From assembly GCA_964562885.1 (NCBI GenBank), contig CAZLVC010000001.1:152688-216687 (forward strand): a DNA stretch of 64,000 bases, in the 5' to 3' direction. The position numbers and the translations under genes were made by a program. Below the pieces are notes generated by a model. It had not been told where the DNA came from, did not search any database, and was given only the letters and a program-made list of their open reading frames with translations. This stretch comes from an uncultured Candidatus Peribacteria bacterium. Lineage in GTDB: Bacteria; Patescibacteriota; Gracilibacteria; Peribacterales; Peribacteraceae. The number at the start of each line of letters is the position of its first letter. Position 1 is the stretch's first letter. This document shows positions 1 through 8,689 of this stretch, piece by piece.

Positions 1-419
1 TGTTTTTGCTATCTTTACCATAAAAAAATAATGGTAGAAGTATTTAACACCAAAAGAATTATCGTATGGATGATGACAGCGTACTTCATGCGTTCTACGG
101 TAAAAATTCCAAAGCACGACTTGCTTTTGTCCTTCGAAAAATCGATGCCTTGTATTTTTTTACGAAAGATTTTCCAACATATCAGTTCAGTAGCACTACA
201 GCCAATCATGAAACTGAAGATCAGTATGTACATAAGAGAACAATGACTATATCTCTTTAGAGGTCTACGAAGCAATGTTTTTTATCGAGACATCGCCAAA
301 AACCTCTCAATATTTGCTGAAGAGAGATTCCGTGAAAAAAAATGATACATTTTATGGACTTTTTTCTTAGTTTTTGGTATATTTTAAACGTTCTTTTCAT
401 CTCTTATTGAATTTTGATT

Positions 420-466
420 GGATTTACGTATGAGGATCTTCGCGTAAGGTGTTCGTGTGTAAATCC
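420..466 (+). promoter_or_regulatory. Putative pnp 5' leader hairpin (GGATTTAC...GTAAATCC)
   Basis: An 8-bp closing stem (420-427 / 459-466) lies about 80 nt upstream of the pnp ATG. A regulatory role is only inferred, by analogy with PNPase leader autoregulation in E. coli. Confidence 0.3.
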
Positions 467-543
467 ACAACCAACCAGAAATCGATAAAGAGGTTTTAAA
501 AGAATTCATTGCTCATTTTAGGGCAATTTTCCTCTTTATTTTT

Positions 544-2775
544 ATGCAAAAAGAATATTCTTTGTCCCTTGGCGATAAGCCAATGGTCATTAAAACTGGG
601 CATCTTGCAACGCAGGCTAATGCTTCAGTCGTATGTCAAATGGGCGATACCGTTTCGCTCGCAAATTGCACTATTTCATCCAAAGCTCGCGATGGTGTCG
701 ATTTTTTGCCTTTACAGGTTGTGTATCAGGAAAAGTACTACGCAGGAGGTAAAATCGCTGGAAGTCGCTTTCGTAAGCGCGAAGGTCGGCCAGGCGATGA
801 TTACGTTCTTCTGGCTCGTGTTATTGATCGCGGACTTCGTCCTATGTTCCCTAAGTATTTACGCAATGATATTCAGGTTATGGCGACCGTGCTTAGTTAC
901 GACTTTGAGCACGAACATGACATCGCTTCTGCAAATGCTGCTAACTTAGCTTGTGCTCTTTCGGACTGTCCGTGCGACGGCCCGCTTGGTACTGTGCGTG
1001 TAGGCATGATTGGCGGTGAGCTTGTTCTCAACCCTTCACACGAAGCACGTGCAAAAAGCGATTTAGATATGTTTGTAACTGCCTCGCTAGAACGCGTGGT
1101 GATGATTGAAGCTGGTGCGAATCAGTTACCAGAAGAAGACATTCTTCGTGGTATTGATTTCGGGAAGAAATGGGCTCAGAAAATTGCAAAGTTTTTTGCA
1201 GATATTCAGAAAGAAGTAGGAAAACCAAAATTTGAAGTAGTTCCTCCTTTTTATGTTCATGAAGAAGATTATACGTACCTTCAGTCCTGGGCATTACCAA
1301 TTGTTACCAAGGCAATAAAAGATTCTCTTGGTAAATTAGAGCGACGTAAGATATTTACACAGCTCATGGATGGTGCGGCTGAGAAAATGAAAGAAAAATT
1401 TGTGTTTGGTCCACCCGCATCCCCCGAGCAGGAAAAGTATCAGGAAGACGCATGTAAGGCTGCAGCTTCTACTATTGATAAAATTATTAAAGCCGAAATG
1501 CGCCGATTAGTACTAGAGGAGGGGATTCGTATGAGCAGCAGAAAAGTAGAAAAGATTCGTTCACTTTCTGCCATGGTCGATATCCTCCCTTCGCGCGTTC
1601 ATGGTTCTGCCCTCTTTCAACGTGGCGAAACTCAGGGTCTTACAACGTGTACCCTTGGCTCACCAGGCGATAAGCAGTTAGTAGAGGGCATGGAAGGGGA
1701 GCACGAACTTCGTTACATGCATCACTACAATTTCCCTCCATTCTCCGTTGGCGAAACTAGTAATCGCCTCATGGTTGGTAACCGCGAAATTGGTCATGGA
1801 AATTTGGCACAACGCGCGCTTGAGCCGGTCCTTCCTTCTGCGGAAACTTTTCCATACACCATTCGTACCGTGACTGAAATTTTAGAATCTAATGGGTCCT
1901 CTTCTATGGCTGCTACGTGTGGTTCTACTCTTGCACTCATGGCTGCAGGTGTGCCAATTACAGCGCCAGTTTCGGGTATTGCGCTTGGGTTAATTTCGGA
2001 TGAAGAAAAAGGCAAGTACATCATTCTTTCAGATTTACAGGATGAAGAAGATTTTGGTGGCGATATGGATTTTAAACTTGCCGGTACTGCAACAGGGGTG
2101 ACAGCTATTCAGATGGATATTAAAATTAAGGGCTTACCAGATTCTGTCTTTAAGGAAGCGCTCGAGCGCTCTAAAGTTGGACGTGCAGAAATTTTAAAGG
2201 TGATGCTCGGTGCAATTTCTGAACCAAAGAAAGAACTTTCGCCCCATGCGCCACGTATTGAGACTATTCATATTAATCCTGATGATATTCGCCTTGTGAT
2301 TGGTAAGGGTGGTGAGACGATTCAAAAGATTACAAAAGATCTAGGTGTTGAAATCGACATCGAAGATAGTGGCTTGGTGTTTGTCACTGCTCTGAATGGT
2401 GAAGCAATGAAAAAAGCTAAGGAGTGGATTTTAGGCATTGTTGAAAAGCCTGAAGTTGGCAAGGTGTACGATGCAAAAGTGACACGCATTATTGATGGTA
2501 CAGGCGCAATTGTAGAGTTTGGACATGGTAAAGATGCGATGATTCATATCTCCGAGCTTGCCTGGCAGCGCACTGAAAAAGTAGAAGATGTCCTGAAGGT
2601 TGGAGACGTTATTCAGGCTAAGTGTGTCGAGTTTGATGCTGTGGAAGGTAAAACAAGACTATCGTTAAAACAGATGACGGCACCACCCGAAGGCTGGACT
2701 CCGCCTCCTCCACGACCTAGTTTTGGTGGTCGTTCGCATGGTGGTGGTGGGCATCGAGGTGGTTTTAGACGTTAG
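544..2775 (+). CDS. pnp: Polyribonucleotide nucleotidyltransferase (PNPase)
   Basis: 743-aa ORF with duplicated RNase PH-like core, a KH motif (VIGKGGETIQKI) and an S1 domain (GKVYDAKVTRIIDGTGAIVEF). It ends in a Gly/Arg-rich tail (GGRSHGGGGHRGGFRR). Confidence 0.97.
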   Translation: MQKEYSLSLGDKPMVIKTGHLATQANASVVCQMGDTVSLANCTISSKARDGVDFLPLQVVYQEKYYAGGKIAGSRFRKREGRPGDDYVLLARVIDRGLRPMFPKYLRNDIQVMATVLSYDFEHEHDIASANAANLACALSDCPCDGPLGTVRVGMIGGELVLNPSHEARAKSDLDMFVTASLERVVMIEAGANQLPEEDILRGIDFGKKWAQKIAKFFADIQKEVGKPKFEVVPPFYVHEEDYTYLQSWALPIVTKAIKDSLGKLERRKIFTQLMDGAAEKMKEKFVFGPPASPEQEKYQEDACKAAASTIDKIIKAEMRRLVLEEGIRMSSRKVEKIRSLSAMVDILPSRVHGSALFQRGETQGLTTCTLGSPGDKQLVEGMEGEHELRYMHHYNFPPFSVGETSNRLMVGNREIGHGNLAQRALEPVLPSAETFPYTIRTVTEILESNGSSSMAATCGSTLALMAAGVPITAPVSGIALGLISDEEKGKYIILSDLQDEEDFGGDMDFKLAGTATGVTAIQMDIKIKGLPDSVFKEALERSKVGRAEILKVMLGAISEPKKELSPHAPRIETIHINPDDIRLVIGKGGETIQKITKDLGVEIDIEDSGLVFVTALNGEAMKKAKEWILGIVEKPEVGKVYDAKVTRIIDGTGAIVEFGHGKDAMIHISELAWQRTEKVEDVLKVGDVIQAKCVEFDAVEGKTRLSLKQMTAPPEGWTPPPPRPSFGGRSHGGGGHRGGFRR

Positions 2776-2793
2776 AATTCGTTTTCAAAAGAT

Positions 2794-2827
2794 AAAGGAG
2801 TCCTTCGTGTGATGGACTCCTTTTCTT
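2794..2827 (+). terminator. Intrinsic terminator after pnp
   Basis: AAAGGAGTCC - 10 nt loop - GGACTCCTTT, followed by a T-rich run. Confidence 0.7.
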
Positions 2828-2863
2828 GACGATTCTATGTAGTACAGTAATATTTCGCACCTT

Positions 2864-4153
2864 ATGACTTCACTCCATCCTTACTCACCTCAAGAATCTC
2901 CTGCAGAAATCGTAGAACCTTCGCAGATACCTCGCACTCTCCTTGATAAATGGAACATTCTTTTACCAATTATTGGTGCATTACGATTAGTGTATTCATA
3001 TTGTCAAAAGAGCGTATGTACCATTCGTCGTGCTGTCCGAAGTGAAATAGAGGATGTTGTCGATGGAGTCGTTGATGCGGTTGAAGATACTGCGGACACA
3101 GTATTGGCATCCGAAGACCTTATCGCTCGTGCACTTATTCCGTCTCAACCTCGTTCACTTTCATCTTTTTCGATTCTACAAAATACGATGCGAGACTTAC
3201 TAAAGGGTGCATTGGCACATTGTGTTCCTGTTTTTGGTGCAGCAATTTGTTCTACAGCCGAACGTCTTGCGATAGAAGACATAGAAGAAGATGTCGATGA
3301 AGTTTTTGAGCTCTTGGATGTTTTGCTACGGGATTTTAATGATCACAAGAGCGTTGACGAAAAGCGCTGTAACGCTCTTGAAGAAAAATTACGTATCTTA
3401 GAACAGAAAATTCGTCGGTTGGAATGCATCGTTCAAACTCAGCAGAACGAAATGTTGCTTTTATTACAAACTCCTCCAGAGCCAAAACCAACGCAGTTTA
3501 CCGTACAGGACGTTCGTCGACTTGCCCAGTCGGATAAGGAATGGTGGTATTCATCAAATCCTAAGCCCAACGAGCCTCTTACGATTATGAATGCAATACG
3601 ACTACGAGAGCGTGAACCATATCTGTTGCCGTCTCCTTTAGAACTTGAATACTTTGGAGGTCTGGACGTTTCCTCGAGTGGTATTGTTTCCACTCAGTCT
3701 GGCTTATCTGTTGGGTATGATTTCATAGCTCATAACTGCCCTCGCCTACGCTCGATGGAAGGCTACGTAGTTATTGGTCATCGCTTTTCGCTTCGTGGAA
3801 ATAAATTTATTCAGCGTCCTCCAGACATTCATGTACGTTTTATTGATGGTCTCAAAGTCTTCGATTGTAGTAACTGTCCTAACCTTCATTCACTTGGAGA
3901 ATTTTCGGAGCATTTTGTTGATGCATCGAGGCCTCCACGCGTTATTCGTATTCACGATCTTTTTCTTGTTGATACGGCTGTAACCACGCTTCCCGACAAC
4001 ATTCTTCCAAGATATGTGCATATGTTAGATGTAGGTCAAGAAGTTCTCGCAAAGCATTGCTTTAAACGATGTGGTAAAAATAATGGTGAAGGCTTCCATG
4101 TCGTTAAATATACTCAAGCGGAATGGGAACAGTGGTTGTTGCGAGGGTATTAA
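2864..4153 (+). CDS. Hypothetical protein with coiled-coil centre and C-terminal Cys-containing LRR-like repeats
   Basis: 429-aa ORF with an acidic/coiled-coil segment (EEKLRILEQKIRRLE). The C-terminal part has NCPRLRSM / NCPNLHSL motifs resembling CC-type leucine-rich repeats. No family recognised. Confidence 0.6.
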   Translation: MTSLHPYSPQESPAEIVEPSQIPRTLLDKWNILLPIIGALRLVYSYCQKSVCTIRRAVRSEIEDVVDGVVDAVEDTADTVLASEDLIARALIPSQPRSLSSFSILQNTMRDLLKGALAHCVPVFGAAICSTAERLAIEDIEEDVDEVFELLDVLLRDFNDHKSVDEKRCNALEEKLRILEQKIRRLECIVQTQQNEMLLLLQTPPEPKPTQFTVQDVRRLAQSDKEWWYSSNPKPNEPLTIMNAIRLREREPYLLPSPLELEYFGGLDVSSSGIVSTQSGLSVGYDFIAHNCPRLRSMEGYVVIGHRFSLRGNKFIQRPPDIHVRFIDGLKVFDCSNCPNLHSLGEFSEHFVDASRPPRVIRIHDLFLVDTAVTTLPDNILPRYVHMLDVGQEVLAKHCFKRCGKNNGEGFHVVKYTQAEWEQWLLRGY

Positions 4154-4476
4154 GTCTTAGGCTCTGAAGACGACATCTCATTTTTTGGCTTAGGTGAGGT
4201 TGCTTTCTCTGCTGGCGTCGTGGAGGCTTCTTTCGTATCACTTTTCTTTTTTGCGATTATTTCATCACTTTTTTTTGTCGATGTTGTGACGGAGTTCGTG
4301 CTGTCTGTTTTATAAAAACCAGTCCCTTTAAATTGAACCATGGGCATTTTCATGATTTTTTGTACTTTTATTGATGTACCACAGGTTGGACATGGGGGAC
4401 TTTTTTCGGTGCCAAAGGGCAAAACTTCCTCAAAATTTGTCTCGCATCCCTTACAAAGATAGTGATAGCGTGGCAT
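4150..4476 (-). CDS. FmdB-family zinc-ribbon protein
   Basis: N-terminal Y-x-C-x2-C...CPxCG zinc ribbon (YLCKGCETNF...CPTCG) followed by a Ser/Thr/Lys-rich tail. Its stop overlaps the stop of the convergent ORF by 4 nt. Confidence 0.8.
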   Translation of the reverse strand: MPRYHYLCKGCETNFEEVLPFGTEKSPPCPTCGTSIKVQKIMKMPMVQFKGTGFYKTDSTNSVTTSTKKSDEIIAKKKSDTKEASTTPAEKATSPKPKNEMSSSEPKT

Positions 4477-4488
4477 GGGTTTTTTTTA

Positions 4489-4959
4489 TTAAGCTACACT
4501 TTTACGTGCTGCGACTCCGCGTGAATCGAAGCCTCCGAGCGCATCTAGTAATCCACTTGTTGCGCTTCCGGGGAAGCGAATCACGTCTGCCACAAGTTTA
4601 AGCGGTCTTGGTGGTAAAAGATGCGAGCCCGTTGCTTTGACGTCCCTGCCTAGTTCGCCAAAGGCTCCATCAGGTACTGAAATTCTTTCACCTACCACTC
4701 CTCCAAGCACTGCGTCAATTGCTCTACTTGTTCCATTAACGACCGCGAGTGGCAGTCCAAAGATCAATTTTGCATGGTTGCCTTCTTTCAGCGGTGTTGC
4801 AATGTAACGTTCTGCGGTATCTGCTGCGACTTCCTGTAGATTTTCGCCAATAGTATTACGAAAAAGTAATCGATCTTCTGTCGATGAATATTTGTGCAAA
4901 TGCTTCATGAGTGCATTTATTATAAGCATCACGATGTTTATATCAATGATTTTCTGCAT
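4489..4959 (-). CDS. Hypothetical protein
   Basis: 156-aa ORF directly upstream of, and co-oriented with, the FmdB-like gene. No recognisable motif. Confidence 0.55.
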   Translation of the reverse strand: MQKIIDINIVMLIINALMKHLHKYSSTEDRLLFRNTIGENLQEVAADTAERYIATPLKEGNHAKLIFGLPLAVVNGTSRAIDAVLGGVVGERISVPDGAFGELGRDVKATGSHLLPPRPLKLVADVIRFPGSATSGLLDALGGFDSRGVAARKSVA

Positions 4960-4967
4960 TAAATTTC

Positions 4968-4996
4968 TGCCGCAGAGAGGGTTAGTCTCTGCGGCA
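4968..4996. other. Perfect 11-bp hairpin (TGCCGCAGAGA-gggttag-TCTCTGCGGCA)
   Basis: Inverted repeat read directly from the sequence. It sits 9 nt upstream of the ATG of ORF 4489-4959 on the minus strand and has no U-tract. Confidence 0.5.
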
Positions 4997-5330
4997 TGGA
5001 GTTTGACCCCCTTTTCACCTCTTAAATGGCTTTAAGAGGATATTATTTTTCGGTGGCGTCGACGACGCCAGGAAAAATAAGCTCAGAAAAACGATTGCGA
5101 TGAGAACAAGAACGCCGATCGTCTTCATTTTCAACCTTTTGAGTTAAGGAAGGGGATCAAACTTAATATTATTATACAATATTTTTATATTAAAAGATAG
5201 TGTCTTTTCTGCAATTACTTATTGTTAAGTAGATCTTTTCAATAAATATATTTTTATCTTTTTTATGAATTCTATGAGTTTTTTTCATGATGAATTTTTC
5301 ATAAATAGGTGTGTTGATTTGCCTTAGCTA

Positions 5331-5425
5331 TTCATTTTTCTTCTTGAGGGAGGAGGACACCTTGTTCGGTTTCCTCCTCCCTCAATCTCCCTCCACCTTC
5401 CTAACGGTACCCGTTTTTCTTTGCT
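5331..5425 (+). repeat. Structured hairpin element, copy 1 (short form)
   Basis: A 14-bp perfect stem, TTGAGGGAGGAGGA (5344-5357) / TCCTCCTCCCTCAA (5372-5385), is followed by AACGG-TAC-CCGTT plus a T-run (5403-5418). Homologous to 25040-25180. Confidence 0.6.
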
Positions 5426-5531
5426 ATGAGTTTTTACAGAATCAGCGAGTTAATTTGCTTTCTCCTGCAATCAAAAGTGTATTATTCTATCTCGCGTTAT
5501 ACTTCACTTCTATTTTCTCCTCTAACTTACC

Positions 5532-8315
5532 GTGCTCGATAAAGCGTACGATCCAAAATTAACTGAAGATCGCATCTATCATGCATGGGAGGCAAGTGGT
5601 GCGTTTACGCCTGAGTCTTGTCCGAAAGATGGCGAGCCTTTTTGCATTAGCATGCCACCCCCTAATGCCACAGGCCAATTGCACCTTGGGCATGCGGTGA
5701 TGCTTGCATTACAGGATATTTTTACTCGTTTTGCTCGCATGAAAGGTAAAAAGGTTCTGTGGGTTCCGGGGACTGATCATGCTGCTATTGCTACTGAAAA
5801 CGTTGTCATGAAGCAATTGAAGGAAGGTGGCATGAAGGATCCTCGTAAAGAGTTAGGTCGCGAAAAACTTGTAGAAAAAATTGCAGCATTTGTGGAACAG
5901 AGTAAGAAGACGATTCGTTCGCAGGTACGAAAAATGGGAAGTTCGTGCGATTGGTCCCGTGAACGGTACACATTTGAACCTTCGCTCAATCGTTGTGTGA
6001 ACGAAGTGTTTCGCATGATGTATGCAGATGGACTTATTTACCGGGGACATCGTATTGTCAATTGGGATCCTAAGCTTCAAACAACAGTGTCCGATGACGA
6101 AGTCGTGTACAAAGAAGAAAAGACTCCTTTCTATACATTTAAGTATGGTCCTTTTGAAATTGCAACATCCCGTCCGGAGACGAAATTTGGCGATAAGTAT
6201 GTGGTAATGCACCCGGATGATACTCGGTATAGCAAGTATAAGCATGGCGATACGTTTGAAGCGGAGTGGATTAATGGTCCGGTCCGGGCAACAGTCATCA
6301 AAGATGAATCCATCGATATGGAGTTTGGTACGGGTGTGATGACTATTACGCCTTGGCATGACCATATCGACTTCGATATTGCCGAGCGTCATGGTCTCGA
6401 AAAAGAGCAAATCATTGGCTTTGATGGTCGATTACTTGATTCCACAGGTGAGTTTGCCGGAATGAAGATCGATGAAGCTAGACCGTTGATTGTTGAAAAA
6501 TTGAAATCGAAGGGTCTTCTTGTAAAAGTTGATGAGCACTACGTTCATAACAAGGCTGTTAGCCAACGAGGTGGGGGCACATTGGAGCCACAGATAAAAT
6601 TGCAGTGGTTTATTGATGTGAATAAGGAAGTAGTATCTTGGCCTCCCCAAAACCCCAAAAAGGATGATTCAGATGCGAGGCCAACGTTAAGCCTCAAACA
6701 GATTCTCCATTCGGTTGTACACCACGGTGATATTTCCATTATTCCCGATCACTTTCATAAAACGTACTTTCATTGGATTGATAACCTCCGTGACTGGTGT
6801 ATTAGTCGGCAAATTTGGTGGGGACACCGTATTCCTGTGTATTACTGTTCTACATGCTCTCATTCTTATCAAAAAACTACTACACACTCGTTGCCCTCCA
6901 ATGTATCCAGCCTACGTTCTGGTGAATATGCTTCTGCACAGACATTAACGGAATGCCCACTTTGTGGGGGTGTACTTGAGCAAGATTCCGATACGCTCGA
7001 TACATGGTTCTCGTCTGGTCTTTGGACGTGGTCAACCCTTGTAGATTCATCACTTACTCAAAATTTTGATCTTTCTCTACGCGAGATGCTCGATCGAAGC
7101 CCAGATTTTGCTACGTTTCACCCCACGACTGTGATGGAAACGGGGTACGATATTCTGTTTTTTTGGGTCGCACGTATGATCCTGATGACCACGTATGCAA
7201 CGGGTCAGATTCCCTTTAAAACAGTCTATCTACATGGTCTCATTCGTACTCGTGATGGCCGAAAAATGAGTAAATCTGATCCTGAAACCATGATTGATCC
7301 CCTCGATATCATTCCTGTCTACGGCGCGGATGCTCTACGATTATCGATGATTGTAGGCCAAAGTCCGGGGGCGGACTCTCGACTCTATGAAGAAAAAATT
7401 GCAGGGTACCGCAATTTCATTAATAAACTTTGGAATGCATCACGTTTTGTGCTTATGCAGTGCGAACAAGTTGGACTAGATCCACATACTATCCAGGGCA
7501 TTCCAGATGCTTCCGGGTTATCCTTGGCAGATCGTGCTGTTTTACATGCGACAGCATCGCTTATTGAAGAGGTGACGAAAGGTCTAGAGCAGTATCATTT
7601 AAGTGCAGTAGGGGAGCGACTCTATAGCTTTGTATGGGATTACTTTTGCGATTGGTATCTGGAACTTAGCAAAGGTAGTGCCAATCACGATGTTCTTGTT
7701 CATGTTCTTCGTTCTATTCTTTGTCTTTTGCATCCTTATTGCCCATTTGTTACGGAAGAACTGTGGTCTTCTCTTAAATACAAAGATGATTCTTCTCTCA
7801 TCCAAAAGGCGTGGCCTCTTGCACATACTGATGATAAAAATCAGCAAGCATTTGATCAGTTACAAGTCGTTATTGATGTTGTCAGCGCGTTTCGTAAGCT
7901 TCGTGCAGAACAAGGTGTAGAACTCAATAAGGAGGTTGATGGCATTATCATTAGTCCTGTGCATGCTGATCTTTTACTGTCTCAACGAGCTTCCATTCTT
8001 CGTTTAGGTAAACTAAAGAATCTGACCATTCATCAGGCATCAGTACAGGTACAAAATACTGCAAGCGCCTTTCTTTCTTCTGCGGAGGTGCATTTACCTC
8101 TTGCCGATCTTTTCGATGCAGAAACTCTCATCAAAAATCTTCGTAAGGAACAGATGGATTTAGAGAAGTACATGAGTGTTTTGCGAGGGAAGTTGGAGAA
8201 TAAGAATTTTGTTGATCGTGCACCGCCTCAATTAGTTGATGCAGAAAAGGCTAAGCTTTGTGAAGCTGAAGGTACTCTTGCAAAAATTACCGAAAAGCTA
8301 TCGCAACTTCTTTAG
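5532..8315 (+). CDS. valS: Valine--tRNA ligase
   Basis: 927-aa ORF with a GTG start. It has the HIGH-type motif (PNATGQLHLGHA), KMSKS, a CxxC...CxxC zinc module and the C-terminal coiled coil typical of ValRS. Confidence 0.97.
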   Translation: MLDKAYDPKLTEDRIYHAWEASGAFTPESCPKDGEPFCISMPPPNATGQLHLGHAVMLALQDIFTRFARMKGKKVLWVPGTDHAAIATENVVMKQLKEGGMKDPRKELGREKLVEKIAAFVEQSKKTIRSQVRKMGSSCDWSRERYTFEPSLNRCVNEVFRMMYADGLIYRGHRIVNWDPKLQTTVSDDEVVYKEEKTPFYTFKYGPFEIATSRPETKFGDKYVVMHPDDTRYSKYKHGDTFEAEWINGPVRATVIKDESIDMEFGTGVMTITPWHDHIDFDIAERHGLEKEQIIGFDGRLLDSTGEFAGMKIDEARPLIVEKLKSKGLLVKVDEHYVHNKAVSQRGGGTLEPQIKLQWFIDVNKEVVSWPPQNPKKDDSDARPTLSLKQILHSVVHHGDISIIPDHFHKTYFHWIDNLRDWCISRQIWWGHRIPVYYCSTCSHSYQKTTTHSLPSNVSSLRSGEYASAQTLTECPLCGGVLEQDSDTLDTWFSSGLWTWSTLVDSSLTQNFDLSLREMLDRSPDFATFHPTTVMETGYDILFFWVARMILMTTYATGQIPFKTVYLHGLIRTRDGRKMSKSDPETMIDPLDIIPVYGADALRLSMIVGQSPGADSRLYEEKIAGYRNFINKLWNASRFVLMQCEQVGLDPHTIQGIPDASGLSLADRAVLHATASLIEEVTKGLEQYHLSAVGERLYSFVWDYFCDWYLELSKGSANHDVLVHVLRSILCLLHPYCPFVTEELWSSLKYKDDSSLIQKAWPLAHTDDKNQQAFDQLQVVIDVVSAFRKLRAEQGVELNKEVDGIIISPVHADLLLSQRASILRLGKLKNLTIHQASVQVQNTASAFLSSAEVHLPLADLFDAETLIKNLRKEQMDLEKYMSVLRGKLENKNFVDRAPPQLVDAEKAKLCEAEGTLAKITEKLSQLL

Positions 8316-8633
8316 TGTCGATTATCATATTTTGTAGAGTTTTTTTTGAAGGTATTAGTAGGAGGTCATGAAGGTCAAGAAAGTAAGGGAGGTAAGGTAC
8401 GTATCTTGAAAGGCTGTAGATTGCAGAGGAACTGATACCACTTCGCAATTGATGTGATACCAATCGCTCCGAGTACTATTGTCGAAGTTCTTGGCTTGGG
8501 CAATTGCTTCGCGGTATAAGAAGAGAGCTTAATTTTCCTCATTGGCATCAATTCTTTTGCAACTTGGGATGAAGATCCACCAAAGAATCATATAATCTCA
8601 TGATCTTTTTTTATTATTGCAACGATAAAATTC

Positions 8634-8677
8634 TTGACGGTGAACAATCGTCCACCTATAGTGGTGTACACTTGTAC
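8634..8677 (+). promoter_or_regulatory. Putative lexA promoter with candidate LexA operators
   Basis: TTGACG (8634-8639), 17 nt spacer, TATAGT (8657-8662). The inverted repeat GTACA-CT-TGTAC (8666-8677) sits at the predicted start site. GAACAATCGTCC (8642-8653) lies in the spacer and is one mismatch from GAAC-N4-GTTC. Confidence 0.45.
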
Positions 8678-8689
8678 TCCCTACATTTT

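Noticed and set aside
15-275. Three mutually overlapping short ORFs (15-275 minus, 31-246 plus, 66-260 plus) at the window edge, where rpsO might be expected upstream of pnp.
   Set aside because: None resembles ribosomal protein S15 or any family I know. They overlap each other in an AT-rich stretch, so I do not call a gene here.
5331-5531. T-box riboswitch upstream of valS (GGTACC-containing terminator-like hairpin).
   Set aside because: There is no Stem I/specifier loop with a GUN codon, no AG/GNUGNRA boxes and no UGGN bulge. The same GGTACC hairpin also occurs at 25158-25170, where no aaRS gene follows.
5311-5562. 83-aa plus-strand ORF upstream of valS.
   Set aside because: It is built from the polypurine/polypyrimidine hairpin element and overlaps the valS start. 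The translated sequence is low-complexity, so RNA or DNA structure explains the region better.
8375-8542. 55-aa minus-strand ORF and a 13-codon plus-strand ORF (ATG at 8368) in the valS-lexA gap.
   Set aside because: There is no motif. The 55-aa ORF is partly just the complement of the purine-rich tract, and the SD spacing for the mini-ORF is only 2 nt.
8600-8689. ORF-track start (8600) for lexA.
   Set aside because: The extension would cover the promoter-like TTGACG-17-TATAGT and the palindromes. The LexA homology begins at the ATG at 8690.
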